In this document: piece by piece, positions 18,600 through 30,100 of the stretch
Layout: each line of letters starts with the position of its first letter
Position numbering within the stretch: position 1 is the stretch's first letter
Virus record (IMG/VR): IMGVR_UViG_3300020452_000389
Location: 1 to 54,940 of that record
Length of the DNA: 54,940 nucleotides
Direction: 5' to 3' (one strand)
DNA from: a virus
Lineage: Duplodnaviria > Caudoviricetes
The notes under the pieces: model-generated
Databases searched by the model: none
Told to the model about the DNA's origin: nothing
Seen by the model: the letters and a program-made list of their open reading frames with translations, nothing else
Program-made: the position numbers and the translations under genes

Positions 18600-21500
18600 A
18601 TGGCTGAAGTTAAAAATGCTTTTATAAAGTCCAAGATGAATAAAGACCTAGACGATAGGTTAATACCATCTGGAGAGTATCGCGATGCGCAAAATGTTCA
18701 GATAAGTAGATCAGAAAGTTCAGATGTAGGGGCATTAGAAAACGTATTAGGTAATAAAGAAGTATTATTTTCTAGTAATCAAGTTAGTTTTTCTACACTT
18801 GTAGGAGCACCAAATATAAAATGTATAGGTCAATTTGTTGATGAAAACAATACAACAATATATAGTTTTTGGACTGATTACTTTGATGTCCAAGCAGAAG
18901 ATAGAATAATTTATAGCTCAAGTGCTAAGAATTATATTTTATCCTATAATATTAATGGTAGTGATAATTATAAGGTTTTAGTTGAAGGTGCTTTTTTAAA
19001 TTTTTCTCAAACAAATCCCATCATTGGGGTTAACATTATAGAAGGTCTCTTGTTCTGGACAGATAATAGAAATCAACCTAGAAAAATAAATGTTAACTTA
19101 GCTAACACAGCTACAAACCCATCTAACACCTACGCAGTTCCTACTTATTATGCAGATGAAGATTCTATCTCCGTATCTAAATACAATCCTTATCAAACTA
19201 TAGAAGTTTTAAACGTTAGTTCTTTAGCAGCAGCAAATATTGTAACAGCTGATGTTAATGGTGCTGTTAATAATTCAAAAACTATTGTAATTGATGGTGT
19301 TACTGGAACAGTTGCTTTAGGATTAGGTGTTTCAGGAACAGGTGTAAAAAGCGGTACTATAGTAACTAAAATAAATAGTGCTACTAGCTTTGACACTAAT
19401 AAAGCTAATACTATAGCTGATAATACTGCTTTAACATTAAGAGGATTAGAAACAACAATGTATGATGTTACATCTGATAAGTTACCTGATGGCACTACTA
19501 ATAATCCTTATTACGACGCTAACTACGGGGGTGATCCACAGTTTTTAGAAGATAAATTTATAAGGTTTAGTTATAGATTTAAATTTGATGATGGTGAATA
19601 TTCTGTATTTGCTCCATTTACACAGTCAATGTTTATTCCTAAACAAGATGGTTATTTTAAAGGTGATGATGAAAAATTAACCTATGAAAGTACTATAGTA
19701 GATTTTATGGAAAATAAAGTTACTAAAATAGATTTACTTGTTCCACTTCCAGCTACAAGATCTGTTTTACAAAACATAGAAACTTCTCCAATAAAAATTA
19801 CTGAAATAGATATTTTATATAAAGAATCTGATGGCCAAGCTATAAGAGTTGTTGATACTATTAAAGTAGAAAATAACACACCATGGAACACTAATTCAAC
19901 AGATGATGTTTTTATATATACTTATGAATCTACAAAACCATATAAAACTTTACCTGAAAGTGAATTAGTTAGGGTTTATGATAGAGTACCTGTTAGAGCT
20001 AAATCTCAAGAGTTAATAAGTAATAGAGTGGTTTATGGAAACTTTCAAAACAAACACACGCCACCCGCTTCATTAAATTATCAAGTAGGTATTTCAGATA
20101 AATATGCTGATACTATAAGTTCTAGTAGTTATTCTACAACTGAATACCCTAATCACACTGTTAAACAAAACAGAAACTATCAAGTTGGTGTAGTATTATC
20201 TGATAAATTTGGTAGACAATCAACCACAATACTTTCTAATAATCAAGCAACACAACTTGTAAATGGATTTGGTGCTGATACAGTATATAGTCCTTATCGT
20301 ACAGCAACAGATACAGTCGCGCCAGAATGGCCAGGTGAATCTTTAAAAGTTTTATTTAATGAAACAATAAATAGTAATTCACCAGCTGTAGTAAGTAAAA
20401 CATTAGGCACACCAGGTTTATATAACTCGGATAAAACTAGTGCAAGCTATAACCCTTTAGGATGGTACTCGTATAAAATAGTTGTTAAACAACAAGAGCA
20501 AGAATACTATAATGTATATTTACCTGGAGTTATGAAAGGTAATCCAGATGCTACAAACACTGGTGGAGCATTATCAAATATTGTATTAATAAATGATAAT
20601 ATAAATAAAGTTCCTAGAGATCTTACTGAAGTTGGACCACAACAAAAACAATTTAGAAGTTCTGTACAATTATTTGGTAGAGTTCAAAATGATACTTTAG
20701 CCGCTTCTACAAGTGGTAATGAACAGTTTTATCCTGGAAGATTAAGTGATACAGTTAGTATAATTCAAGACCTAAGAGATTTATTTGATACTCCAGCTGC
20801 AACACCAATTGCTACAACAGTACCAATAAATGGATTTTATAATGCAAAATCTAATCCTTTAATAGGACAAGTAATAACAACTCAAGCATTTGGGGTGAAC
20901 AATACTTCTTCTCCCGGTCCTTATCCTACATTAGATAATTTAGCTATTTTTGAAACAGAACCTGAAGTTTCTAGATTAGATATATATTGGGAAACATCTA
21001 CTGCAGGTTTAATATCAGATTTAAACACAGCGGTAGCTACAGATACAGGTGGAGTACAAACAACAACAGGTTTTACTTTTTCATTAAACGAAGGTCAAGC
21101 AAGTGCTACAGCAGTAGCTGGTCCTTTCTATGGTGAAGATATAATTGGTGCAAGAATTGACAATGCAAGAATAGATGTAAATCCTGCAAATGGAAAATGG
21201 TCTGTTGTTAACAACTCTGGAACAAACATGACAAGTAGGTTTACATTAGTTGAAGCTGGGGCAGGTACAGGCATATCACCTTATGAATATACATTAAAAA
21301 CTAATGATACTTTTTATTACGGACCTAATGCAACAGTTATTGAAAACTATACATTTAGTTTTACATATGAAACAGGTGGTGTAGAAACAACACCTCCAGT
21401 TAAAACAGGTCAACTACAAAATATAGCTCCGACAATAGACGGAACTTGTCCTAGAAGTTTAACAATAACTTCTAATAATCTACCTACAATTACTACGTTA

Positions 21501-22670
21501 ACTGGTAAAAATGGATCAGCTGATACAACAAGAGATACTGATGATTTAACATGGTCAATAGTTTCTCAAACACAAAATTCATCTCCAGTTAATGTGTTTA
21601 CTATGACTACAACAAATAACCAAGGTGTATTAACCGCTCCAAGTGGTGCTGCAACTTATGTAGTTGTGGTTAAAGTAACAGACGCAGGTGGATTATCCTC
21701 ATCTAATTGTACTTTGAATATAACCATAGGTCAACCAGAGGTGAACAGTATATTTAATATATCTAGTATTGCGCCATTATATGATGGTGATGGGGTTAGA
21801 TATTATTTCACAAATAATTATACTAATTTAGATCAAGATATGGGCGCTATTAGTTCTAATTATATTTATGGAACTAGCTTAGTCAGTCCTGCTACACAAA
21901 ATACATCAAACAAATGTACTAACCCAGGAGAAATTGGTAACTATCAATTTACAAGAAAAAAATTATCAGGAGGATTAGGCGTAGGTGAAGGAGCTTTTTA
22001 CGTACAGTTTTTTGCTGACGCTCCTGTTACAACAATATCCACAACATCTCAAACTTTTAACCCTGTGTCTTTAACAGTAGAATATAGAGCAAGTTCTGCT
22101 TCAAACTGGAGTATGGCGGTTGATGTTGATGGTACAACTACTAATGCTAAAGCTCAATACAATACCGGTTTAACCAACGTTCCAGTTGGTGAATCAGGTT
22201 TTCAATCAGTGAGCGGAAATAATAATGAAGTAACATTAACTGGTAGCGTAAGTCAAACTTCAGGTATCAAAAGAGTTTTTGCTTTTGATTTACCAGGTGA
22301 ATATAGAATAACAATGGGTGCTTTAAATGGTCAAGTTTGTAACTATTCAAATTGTTCTGTTACAAAGAACCAATCAGCAACACAAGGTTTTATAGTAGGT
22401 GATTATAATTATGGTGGTGGAGTAAGCACTCCACAACAATATCAATACAATGTAGGTGGAACTACTTATTACGCTAAAGAACATATTACAAAATATGTCT
22501 CTCAACTATATACAGACTTAGCATTAACAACAACCGCTACGTTAGTAGCAGGGACATATACTTTCTTTAGACCGAATGTTAATTGGGAGTATACAAAAGA
22601 TGGATCTTACACCGCTAATTTCAACTCTTCGGGTCAAAGAACTAATGCCTCTAGTCTAGTATCTTATTAG
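18600..22670 (+). CDS. Tail nozzle/stabilisation protein with Ig-like C-terminal domains
   Basis: KMNKDLDDRLIPSGEYRDAQN N-terminus, FWTDNRNQPRKIN, VVKVTDAGGLS. Confidence 0.7.
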   Translation: MAEVKNAFIKSKMNKDLDDRLIPSGEYRDAQNVQISRSESSDVGALENVLGNKEVLFSSNQVSFSTLVGAPNIKCIGQFVDENNTTIYSFWTDYFDVQAEDRIIYSSSAKNYILSYNINGSDNYKVLVEGAFLNFSQTNPIIGVNIIEGLLFWTDNRNQPRKINVNLANTATNPSNTYAVPTYYADEDSISVSKYNPYQTIEVLNVSSLAAANIVTADVNGAVNNSKTIVIDGVTGTVALGLGVSGTGVKSGTIVTKINSATSFDTNKANTIADNTALTLRGLETTMYDVTSDKLPDGTTNNPYYDANYGGDPQFLEDKFIRFSYRFKFDDGEYSVFAPFTQSMFIPKQDGYFKGDDEKLTYESTIVDFMENKVTKIDLLVPLPATRSVLQNIETSPIKITEIDILYKESDGQAIRVVDTIKVENNTPWNTNSTDDVFIYTYESTKPYKTLPESELVRVYDRVPVRAKSQELISNRVVYGNFQNKHTPPASLNYQVGISDKYADTISSSSYSTTEYPNHTVKQNRNYQVGVVLSDKFGRQSTTILSNNQATQLVNGFGADTVYSPYRTATDTVAPEWPGESLKVLFNETINSNSPAVVSKTLGTPGLYNSDKTSASYNPLGWYSYKIVVKQQEQEYYNVYLPGVMKGNPDATNTGGALSNIVLINDNINKVPRDLTEVGPQQKQFRSSVQLFGRVQNDTLAASTSGNEQFYPGRLSDTVSIIQDLRDLFDTPAATPIATTVPINGFYNAKSNPLIGQVITTQAFGVNNTSSPGPYPTLDNLAIFETEPEVSRLDIYWETSTAGLISDLNTAVATDTGGVQTTTGFTFSLNEGQASATAVAGPFYGEDIIGARIDNARIDVNPANGKWSVVNNSGTNMTSRFTLVEAGAGTGISPYEYTLKTNDTFYYGPNATVIENYTFSFTYETGGVETTPPVKTGQLQNIAPTIDGTCPRSLTITSNNLPTITTLTGKNGSADTTRDTDDLTWSIVSQTQNSSPVNVFTMTTTNNQGVLTAPSGAATYVVVVKVTDAGGLSSSNCTLNITIGQPEVNSIFNISSIAPLYDGDGVRYYFTNNYTNLDQDMGAISSNYIYGTSLVSPATQNTSNKCTNPGEIGNYQFTRKKLSGGLGVGEGAFYVQFFADAPVTTISTTSQTFNPVSLTVEYRASSASNWSMAVDVDGTTTNAKAQYNTGLTNVPVGESGFQSVSGNNNEVTLTGSVSQTSGIKRVFAFDLPGEYRITMGALNGQVCNYSNCSVTKNQSATQGFIVGDYNYGGGVSTPQQYQYNVGGTTYYAKEHITKYVSQLYTDLALTTTATLVAGTYTFFRPNVNWEYTKDGSYTANFNSSGQRTNASSLVSY

Positions 22671-22689
22671 TAATAAAATAAATAAATAA

Positions 22690-22702
22690 GTGATAATAAT
22701 AT
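22690..22702 (+). promoter_or_regulatory. Putative phage promoter motif (copy 3)
   Basis: GTGATAATAATAT; overlaps the start codon at 22701. Confidence 0.4.
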
Positions 22703-24137
22703 GGGAGCTATTATAGAAGTAAAATACTTTAATTCTTTTCTTTTGAAAAAGACCTATAACAATGCTACAAGCGCGCCGGGGTGGAATGGTTCTTTTGGTA
22801 TACCTACTGGGGTTGCGGGTACTTATCCTGTATTTGCAACCAATCCTGCTGCAAACGCTAATAGTTGGGCTATAGAAGAAGCTAGAATAAGAGGTGGATA
22901 TAATAACACTAATGTAGATTATGGTGTTAAAGCTTATTTAGTAGAAGATGAACCTAATTCTTCTGTTAGATTTAATTCTATGATTTATTCTGGAGTTTTC
23001 AACTCACGAACAGGTGTAAACAACACTAATGAGTTTTCGGTTGGTACAGACATTACCAAATCAACAGATCCTATCAATGGTTCTATACAAAAATTATATG
23101 CTGAAGATACAGCGTTAATTATATTTCAACAAGATAAAGTAAGTAGAGCTCCAATAGATAAAGATATTATATACAATGCTGAGGGTGGTGGAAGTTTAAC
23201 AGCTTCTAATATGGTTATAGGTGATATAATACCTTTTGCAGGTGAATATGGAATTAGTAATAATCCAGAAAGTTTTGCAGTATATGGTTATAGAAAATAC
23301 TTTACTGATAAAAATAGAAATGCTGTTTTAAGATTATCTAAAGATGGTATAACAGAAATATCTAACTATGGAATGATTGATTATTTTAGAGATCAGTTTG
23401 GGTTGTTAGATAACTCTGTGTGGGGAGCTGGAAAAGCCATTGGCGCTTATGATATATATAACAAACAATATGTATTATCACTACAACAAAGTTCTAAAGC
23501 ACCGGATGGTCAAACAAACCCTAGCCCATCTACAGCTACATTAGCTTTTGATGAAAGAGTATTAGGTTGGACGAGTTTCTTTTCTTATATACCTGATCAA
23601 ATTATTAGTTTACAAAGCAACTATTATAGTTTTAAAGATGGTGGTTTATTTAAACATTATGATTTAACACAAAATAGAAATACATTTTATAATACAGCAT
23701 ATGACTCTTCTATAAAGTTTGTATTTAATCCTAGTGTAAGTTTATCTAAGGTATTTAAAACAGTTAACTATGAAGGTGGAAACGGTTGGGAAGTTAGTAA
23801 GTTTGAAGCAGCAAGATCTTTTGAACTAATTGACTCATGTAAACCAGTTTTAAGTTATAATGACGGGGCTTACGATTCTGCTACACCACCTAACACAGGT
23901 ACTGCAGCGGTAGTACAACCAATATTCCACGCAGGCTTTGTTAAAAAAGAAGGTAAATATTTTGCTAACTTAATAAACTCAAGTTCTGCAACAGCAGGTG
24001 AAGTTATCTTTGGTGCATCAATGACTGGTGTTAAAGGTTACTACGCAACTGTTACAATAGAATCAGACGCAACATCTAGAGTTAATCCTATGGAGTTGTT
24101 CGCTGTTTCATCTGACTACGTAGAGTCATCATATTAA
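22701..24137 (+). CDS. Tail stabilisation protein, C-terminal-type module (beta-propeller-like)
   Basis: GSIQKL, YGISNNPESFA, YFTDKNRNAVLRLSKDG, GWTSFFSYIP. Confidence 0.7.
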   Translation: MGAIIEVKYFNSFLLKKTYNNATSAPGWNGSFGIPTGVAGTYPVFATNPAANANSWAIEEARIRGGYNNTNVDYGVKAYLVEDEPNSSVRFNSMIYSGVFNSRTGVNNTNEFSVGTDITKSTDPINGSIQKLYAEDTALIIFQQDKVSRAPIDKDIIYNAEGGGSLTASNMVIGDIIPFAGEYGISNNPESFAVYGYRKYFTDKNRNAVLRLSKDGITEISNYGMIDYFRDQFGLLDNSVWGAGKAIGAYDIYNKQYVLSLQQSSKAPDGQTNPSPSTATLAFDERVLGWTSFFSYIPDQIISLQSNYYSFKDGGLFKHYDLTQNRNTFYNTAYDSSIKFVFNPSVSLSKVFKTVNYEGGNGWEVSKFEAARSFELIDSCKPVLSYNDGAYDSATPPNTGTAAVVQPIFHAGFVKKEGKYFANLINSSSATAGEVIFGASMTGVKGYYATVTIESDATSRVNPMELFAVSSDYVESSY

Positions 24138-24147
24138 ATCAAATTAA

Positions 24148-24549
24148 ATGAATACAAGAACATTAACTGAGTCTGATTATTTAATATTATCAGACTGGTG
24201 GAAAGCATGGGGTTGGCCTGTGTTAGAAAAAGATCTTCTTCCAGACAACGGAACTGGAGGTATAATGATAGAAAATGAAGGTGAAAATATAGTAGCTGGA
24301 TTTTTATACTGGAGTAATTCTAAACTAGTATGGCTTGACTGGATCATATCAAACCCTGATGCAGATAAAAAAATACGCAAACAAGCTATAGAAATGTTAA
24401 TACTTACAGCAGAACAAATGATTAAAGATGCTGGTAGTAAATACATCATGTCAATAAGCAGAAGTAATAGCTTATTAAAAATACATGAAAAATTAGGGTG
24501 GAATATAGATAAAACTCCATCACACGAAATGATAAAAATTATAAATTAA
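24148..24549 (+). CDS. GNAT-fold acetyltransferase-like morphogenesis protein
   Basis: Size and LLKIHEKLGW motif; precedes the ejection proteins. Confidence 0.6.
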   Translation: MNTRTLTESDYLILSDWWKAWGWPVLEKDLLPDNGTGGIMIENEGENIVAGFLYWSNSKLVWLDWIISNPDADKKIRKQAIEMLILTAEQMIKDAGSKYIMSISRSNSLLKIHEKLGWNIDKTPSHEMIKIIN

Positions 24550-24560
24550 AACTAAAGTAT

Positions 24561-25331
24561 ATGGCAATAGCAACAGCAACACTTGTAACCGTAGGTGCGG
24601 TAGCGGCAGGAACAGCAGCAACAGCTGCCGTTGTTGGAGGTGCAGTACAATCAGGCCAAGAGCACAAAGCTATGGTTAATGCAAGAAACGCAAAAGAAAT
24701 AGCAGCAGCGAAAGTAAAATCACTACAAGACGGTAGACAAACCATACTCAATCCTTACGCAGGAGTAAGTGATCTATCTAGTATGGCGAAAGATTTAAGT
24801 AGTATGATGAGTAATCCTTTTGAAAGCTTAGGTGTTGCTACACAGGCTGCTGAAATACAAGCAGAAGAAGCTGATATATCTTTAGCTAACACATTAGATA
24901 TGTTAAGAGCTACAGGTGCCAGTGCAGGTGGAGCTACAGCTTTAGCACAAGCAGCATTAGCTAGTAAGAAAGGAGTGAGTGCAAGCATAGAGCAACAAGA
25001 AGCTCAAAACGAAAGATTAAGAGCTCAAGGTGAACAAAACTTAATACAAGCACAAGTAGCAGAGCAACAAAGATTACAAAGTGTTGCTATAACAGAAGGG
25101 CAAAGAGTACAACAAGCACAAGCTCAAGGAGAATTATTTAAATTCCAAGCTAAAGAAGATAGGCAAAATTCAGATATTGCTTACAACATATCTAAAGAAA
25201 CAGGCGCTGCTCAAAGACAAGACGCAGCAAGGCAACGTAGGGATAACGCTACTGCTGGTATATTTACTGGTGTTGGTAATGTTGCAAGTGGTGTAGCAAG
25301 TGCCGCGTTTACTGGAGCTATGGGAAAATAG
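24561..25331 (+). CDS. Ejection (DNA pilot) protein
   Basis: Ala/Gly-rich hydrophobic ends around a Gln/Ala coiled coil. Confidence 0.65.
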   Translation: MAIATATLVTVGAVAAGTAATAAVVGGAVQSGQEHKAMVNARNAKEIAAAKVKSLQDGRQTILNPYAGVSDLSSMAKDLSSMMSNPFESLGVATQAAEIQAEEADISLANTLDMLRATGASAGGATALAQAALASKKGVSASIEQQEAQNERLRAQGEQNLIQAQVAEQQRLQSVAITEGQRVQQAQAQGELFKFQAKEDRQNSDIAYNISKETGAAQRQDAARQRRDNATAGIFTGVGNVASGVASAAFTGAMGK

Positions 25332-25438
25332 GAGCCGGGGGCGGCAATAATACTCCAACAGGTCATGGCGGAACTTATAAACAATATAAAGCTGGAGGAG
25401 GAAAAGGAGATAGAAAATTTTTTAGATCAATAAGATAA
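25322..25438 (+). other. Candidate -1 programmed frameshift (G GGA AAA) with a 36-aa extension
   Basis: Slippery heptamer abuts TAG; GC-rich hairpin downstream; -1 frame open to TAA at 25436-25438. Confidence 0.55.
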
Positions 25439-25442
25439 TAAT

Positions 25443-27101
25443 ATGGGATATAAAATACCAGGTGCAGATTACACATCACCTGCTCAATTACAAACAAACG
25501 TTGGAGCTGAGGTAGGTAAAAGTTTAGGAAACGTTTTTGCTCAATTCGGACAACAGTTAAGGCAAGCTAACGAGCAAGCTAAAAAAACTGCTGCAGTAGA
25601 AGGTCAAATTAAAGATACTATAAGGATAAATTATAGTAAATCTGTTAATAAAATTCTTAGTGCTGGTAAAGAACAGTTTGGTGATGATCAAGTTTTATAT
25701 AACGAATGGAAATCAACAGTTATTGAAAAAGGTGAAGAAGCAACTCAAGCTCAAATAGATTTTCAATTTGGAGAATTAGATGCTAAACAGAAAAAAGAAA
25801 AGTTAGATATAGTTGGAGGATTTGAAACATGGTTAGCCGAAAGTAAACAAAACTACGGTAGATTTTTAACTGACGTAACTGACATGAATACAGATGGTAT
25901 GCGAATTGTAGGTGACACAACAAATGGTGAGCAACAGTTGAATCAAATAATTTTAACCGCAAATAGTGGTGGAAATGCAGTTTCTCTTTTTGGTGATGGA
26001 GCTACAATGACAAGATCATTAAGTGGAAATAATAAAGAAATTATAAATACTACTGTAAGAATACCCGTTAACTCAGAAACAATAAAAACATTAAACAGCA
26101 AAAGCGGTGGCACATCAAATAATGTGTTTGAGCAAGGTGTATTAGATGGGATAATAAAAAAGGTAGATGATGGTACTGGAAAAGAATATTATGAATTTAA
26201 AAAAAATATAGATACAAGTAGATATGGTTCGGGCCAACATGATTTTGTGATACCTGTAGAAACAGCAATGAAACCAGGTGAAACGTTTAAAGAGTTAGGA
26301 TTAGTTGATGATAAAATGACTATACAACCAAATTTATATGCTAAAACAGCTAGTGGAGATCCTGCAATTTATACAACCACTTCTAGTGAAAACGCTCCAC
26401 CAGGAAAAGAAAGAACAACAACGTCTGAAATTATTAACATAGCTCAAATAAGAGGTAACGAGGCTTTACGTGTACAAATTAATTCTGAAGTTGATGGTAT
26501 ATTATTAGACAGTAGAAATACTGATGCAAAATTAGCTAGTTTCAGTGCTTACGGTATAGAAAGTTTAGATAATTTTAAAGATCTAAAATATGATAAAGAA
26601 GAAAATCCTAACGGTTATAAAAGCTTAAGAGAGTTTTTAGATAAAGCAGATGCTAATGTAGTTAAAACTTTTACCGACAATGTAGTTACACAAACTTTGT
26701 TTGATGGTTTATTTAACAAAACAGATGGTTCTGGTAATAGAACTTATACACAAATGTCAGCTGATAAGAAGATGGTTAATTTTTTAAATAAAAATAACAT
26801 ACTAAATGAGGCTGGTGAAGCATATAAAACTGGTGATGTTGTTTATGTTAAAAATAAAGTAACAGAACAAGACAAAGAGAGTGGTGAAGGAAATGTATAT
26901 CAAAATATTTTAAATCAATTAAACGCTCCAGATGCAAATCCAGCATCAATTCTTTCTTCTCCAATTCAAATTCCAAAAGGTAACAAAATAGGTTATGACG
27001 CAATTTCAGGAGAATATGTTATTTATGGAAGTGATGGTACACCAGGTGATATAACTTTAACGCTTGACGAGGTTAAAATGCAATTACAAAGAGGAATTTA
27101 A
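25443..27101 (+). CDS. Putative internal virion/ejection protein
   Basis: 552 aa between the pilot protein and the giant protein. Confidence 0.6.
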   Translation: MGYKIPGADYTSPAQLQTNVGAEVGKSLGNVFAQFGQQLRQANEQAKKTAAVEGQIKDTIRINYSKSVNKILSAGKEQFGDDQVLYNEWKSTVIEKGEEATQAQIDFQFGELDAKQKKEKLDIVGGFETWLAESKQNYGRFLTDVTDMNTDGMRIVGDTTNGEQQLNQIILTANSGGNAVSLFGDGATMTRSLSGNNKEIINTTVRIPVNSETIKTLNSKSGGTSNNVFEQGVLDGIIKKVDDGTGKEYYEFKKNIDTSRYGSGQHDFVIPVETAMKPGETFKELGLVDDKMTIQPNLYAKTASGDPAIYTTTSSENAPPGKERTTTSEIINIAQIRGNEALRVQINSEVDGILLDSRNTDAKLASFSAYGIESLDNFKDLKYDKEENPNGYKSLREFLDKADANVVKTFTDNVVTQTLFDGLFNKTDGSGNRTYTQMSADKKMVNFLNKNNILNEAGEAYKTGDVVYVKNKVTEQDKESGEGNVYQNILNQLNAPDANPASILSSPIQIPKGNKIGYDAISGEYVIYGSDGTPGDITLTLDEVKMQLQRGI

Positions 27102-27115
27102 TAAAATAATAATAT

Positions 27116-30100
27116 ATGGAAGTATATATAGTAGACGGTAGAGAACTTACTTTAGAACAGTTCGAAGCTTTAGCAAAAGAAGCTGGTTTGAGTACCGAAA
27201 AATATAAAGCTTTATACAACGTAGAAGTAAAGCAAGACCCCAATGCTCTGGATGCGGCTGCGGGAGAGGACAAAGCATCCTGGGAATCACAATTGGCAAA
27301 TTTACGATCGGAATACAGAAAAACTTGGGGAGATAAATTTTGGATGCCAGAAGATACTCCTGACGTTACTTCAGGAAGAGGTGAAATGCGAAAGCGTGAA
27401 GTAAAAAGAATTGAATTTACTAAAGCCGAGAAAGAGTTAGTTAATAAAATTAAATCTTACAATGAAAATCCAAATAATATAGATTTTGCTGATTGGCAAA
27501 CTGTTATTAATCAAGGTGAAGATGCTATTAAGTCATATTTAGCTCAGGAATTTCCTTTTTTAAGAGCAAAAGATGGCACTATAGGTAACGCTATAAAAGT
27601 ACAATTAGCTAACGGAGAATTTAAAGAAATTGATTTAAAACCTATATTTAGTGGTCAAAAAAAACAAGCTATAGAGGTTATAAAAGAAATAAACGCAACT
27701 AAAGAAGAATATAATAATAGAGAAATTATTCAAGCTAATATGAATAATTTAGCGGGTAGTATAGAAAGATCTGGTAATGTTAACGCTGTTAACGCTTTGT
27801 TAAAAGACAATACTCCTTATCAACTTGAACAAATAACAGAAAAATACGATGAATTTGCAGCATCTGATATTAAATCATACAATGTATATAAAAATGGGGA
27901 GCTTATAAGCACTCAATTACCTATAACTAAGGTTGATGATTTTTTAAGGGAAAATATTACAAAGGTAGAGTTTGATAATATGGTTACAACTTCTGTAAAA
28001 GCTATAGATGAAATGGCTGCTTTACAAAGAGCTTATATAGAAAGAGAATCTCAAGTTATAGAAGAAAAACCAGAAACTAAAGTAAAGTATTATAAAAAAA
28101 ATTATCAAAACGATGTATTGGATTTGGTAAAATCTTTAGGGGATTTTAGCCAAGAAGAATTAGACGAAATAGAAGCATACATAACAAGAACTCAAAGACA
28201 ACAATTTCCAACTGGAACATTGACGTCTAGAGGATATATTCCTAATACAAATACAGGTTTATCACCTGATGAAATAATAAGACAACTTACATCTTTAGAA
28301 GGTTTATCTGCGGATATTAAAAACAAGTTGGTACAACGAGGTTTTATTAATGAAATGAAAGAAAAAGTTTCTAATGGTATAAGCAACATTGCATTACAAG
28401 AAGCTAAAGAAGGTTCTAAAACTTTATTACAAAACGCTCTTACTGATATAGATAAAAACTATTTATTAGATTTAGCAAATTATCATAATGATAATACGTT
28501 AAATAAAAGAAAAAAAATAAATTTAGAAAATTTAGGTGGTCTTGAAAATGATGACACTAAAGAATTACTTACAATAGCAGGATCAATTAAAGGTACTGAT
28601 CTTGTATTGAGAAAAAGAAATTTTGAAAAAGATAATAAAAACGCAGTAAAAGCTTGGGAGGATTTTTATAATCCAAAACTTGAAACAATACAAAAAGAAT
28701 TTGCAAATTTACTTAATCAACTACCACCAACAGTTAGTGTAGAAAGTAGTGAAACACCCTCAGGACCTTTATTTAAAATAGATAGTACAAAAGATTTAGG
28801 TGATACTGAAAACAAAAGAGTAAATAATTTAATAAATAAAATTACGGCTTTACAAAGTACATATCATAACTTAGTATTTGACGCTAATAAATCTAAAGAA
28901 AAAATTATAAACAATTATAGCGCTTTTAATGCTCAATTGGCAGAGTATACTAAAAGCGATTATATAATAGACGAAGCTAATAAAGAATATGGTTTATTTA
29001 ATTTAGTTACTAAAGATGTTAATGATGCTTTTTCTCAATTGTTTTTAACTGTACCTACTTTGCTTAATTCAGATTGGGCTATTAGAAGAGAGAAACAGTT
29101 AAAAGATAAAAACAATTATTATAAAGAAATGGTTGATCCAGAGTTTAGTTTAGAATATATAACTAGAACTTTAGGTCAACAGTCAGCTAATATTACTATG
29201 GCTATAGGAATAGCTGGGTTAGGTTCAATACCTGCTTTAGGTTTAAGTGATATTGCTATTAGTAATGCAATAGGGGTTAGCTTTGGTTTAAGCTCTGGTA
29301 CTCAAACTTTTAGAGATTTAAGTATTCAAAGAGATGCTGCTGAAGAAGCGAAGCTACTAGCAGTCAGATATAAAGAAGCATTTGATGCTGGTGAAATAAG
29401 TGAGTACAACTACACTATAGCTATGAGAGATATAAATACTACTATAGCTATGGGTAAGTTAGATGATAATCAAATATTAAACGCATCTATTGCTAATGGT
29501 ATAATAGAGGGAACACTTACTAAATACATAGGTACAGCTTCAAACAGTATAGCTTTAGTTAAAAACTTTACTCAAGTTGATCGAGCTACTATTGCAAAAA
29601 CTTTATTCCAAGGTAATCCTACAAAATTTTATGAATTTATAGGTAAACCTTTAGTCACTAGAACAGGATTAGAGGTTGTAGAAGAAGAACTTATATTTGG
29701 TGGTCAACAGTTTGTTACTGAAGCTGGTATTTTAGGTAGAGATATAGATAGAGAAAAGTTTTTAAAAGGAGCTAATGATACTTTTTGGGCCACAGTGGTT
29801 ACCGCGGGTATGTCACAATCTACCGGTATAGTTTACAGCGGTATGAACGCTTATGGTATAACAAAAAAATATGAAAAAGTTATAAACAAAAGCAAGCTTG
29901 TTTTAAACGATATATCAGCATCTATACAAAACCTTGCGAAAGGAGATGAAGGGACAAAAAATAGTTTACTGCTTGGTATGTTTGAGGAATTAAAATCTAT
30001 GGGATTAGCTATTGATCAAAATTCTATAGATCTTTTAAACTTAAGTAAAGAAAATAAAAACGGAGAGTCTGATTTAAAAACATTAATAGGAACACAATTA

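Noticed and set aside
25329-25433. TAG readthrough or stop-codon reassignment (frame 0 stays open for 33 codons)
   Set aside because: Frame-0 codons are atypically G/C-ending while the -1 frame has normal usage; TAG and TGA terminate other genes cleanly, and no suppressor tRNA is seen.
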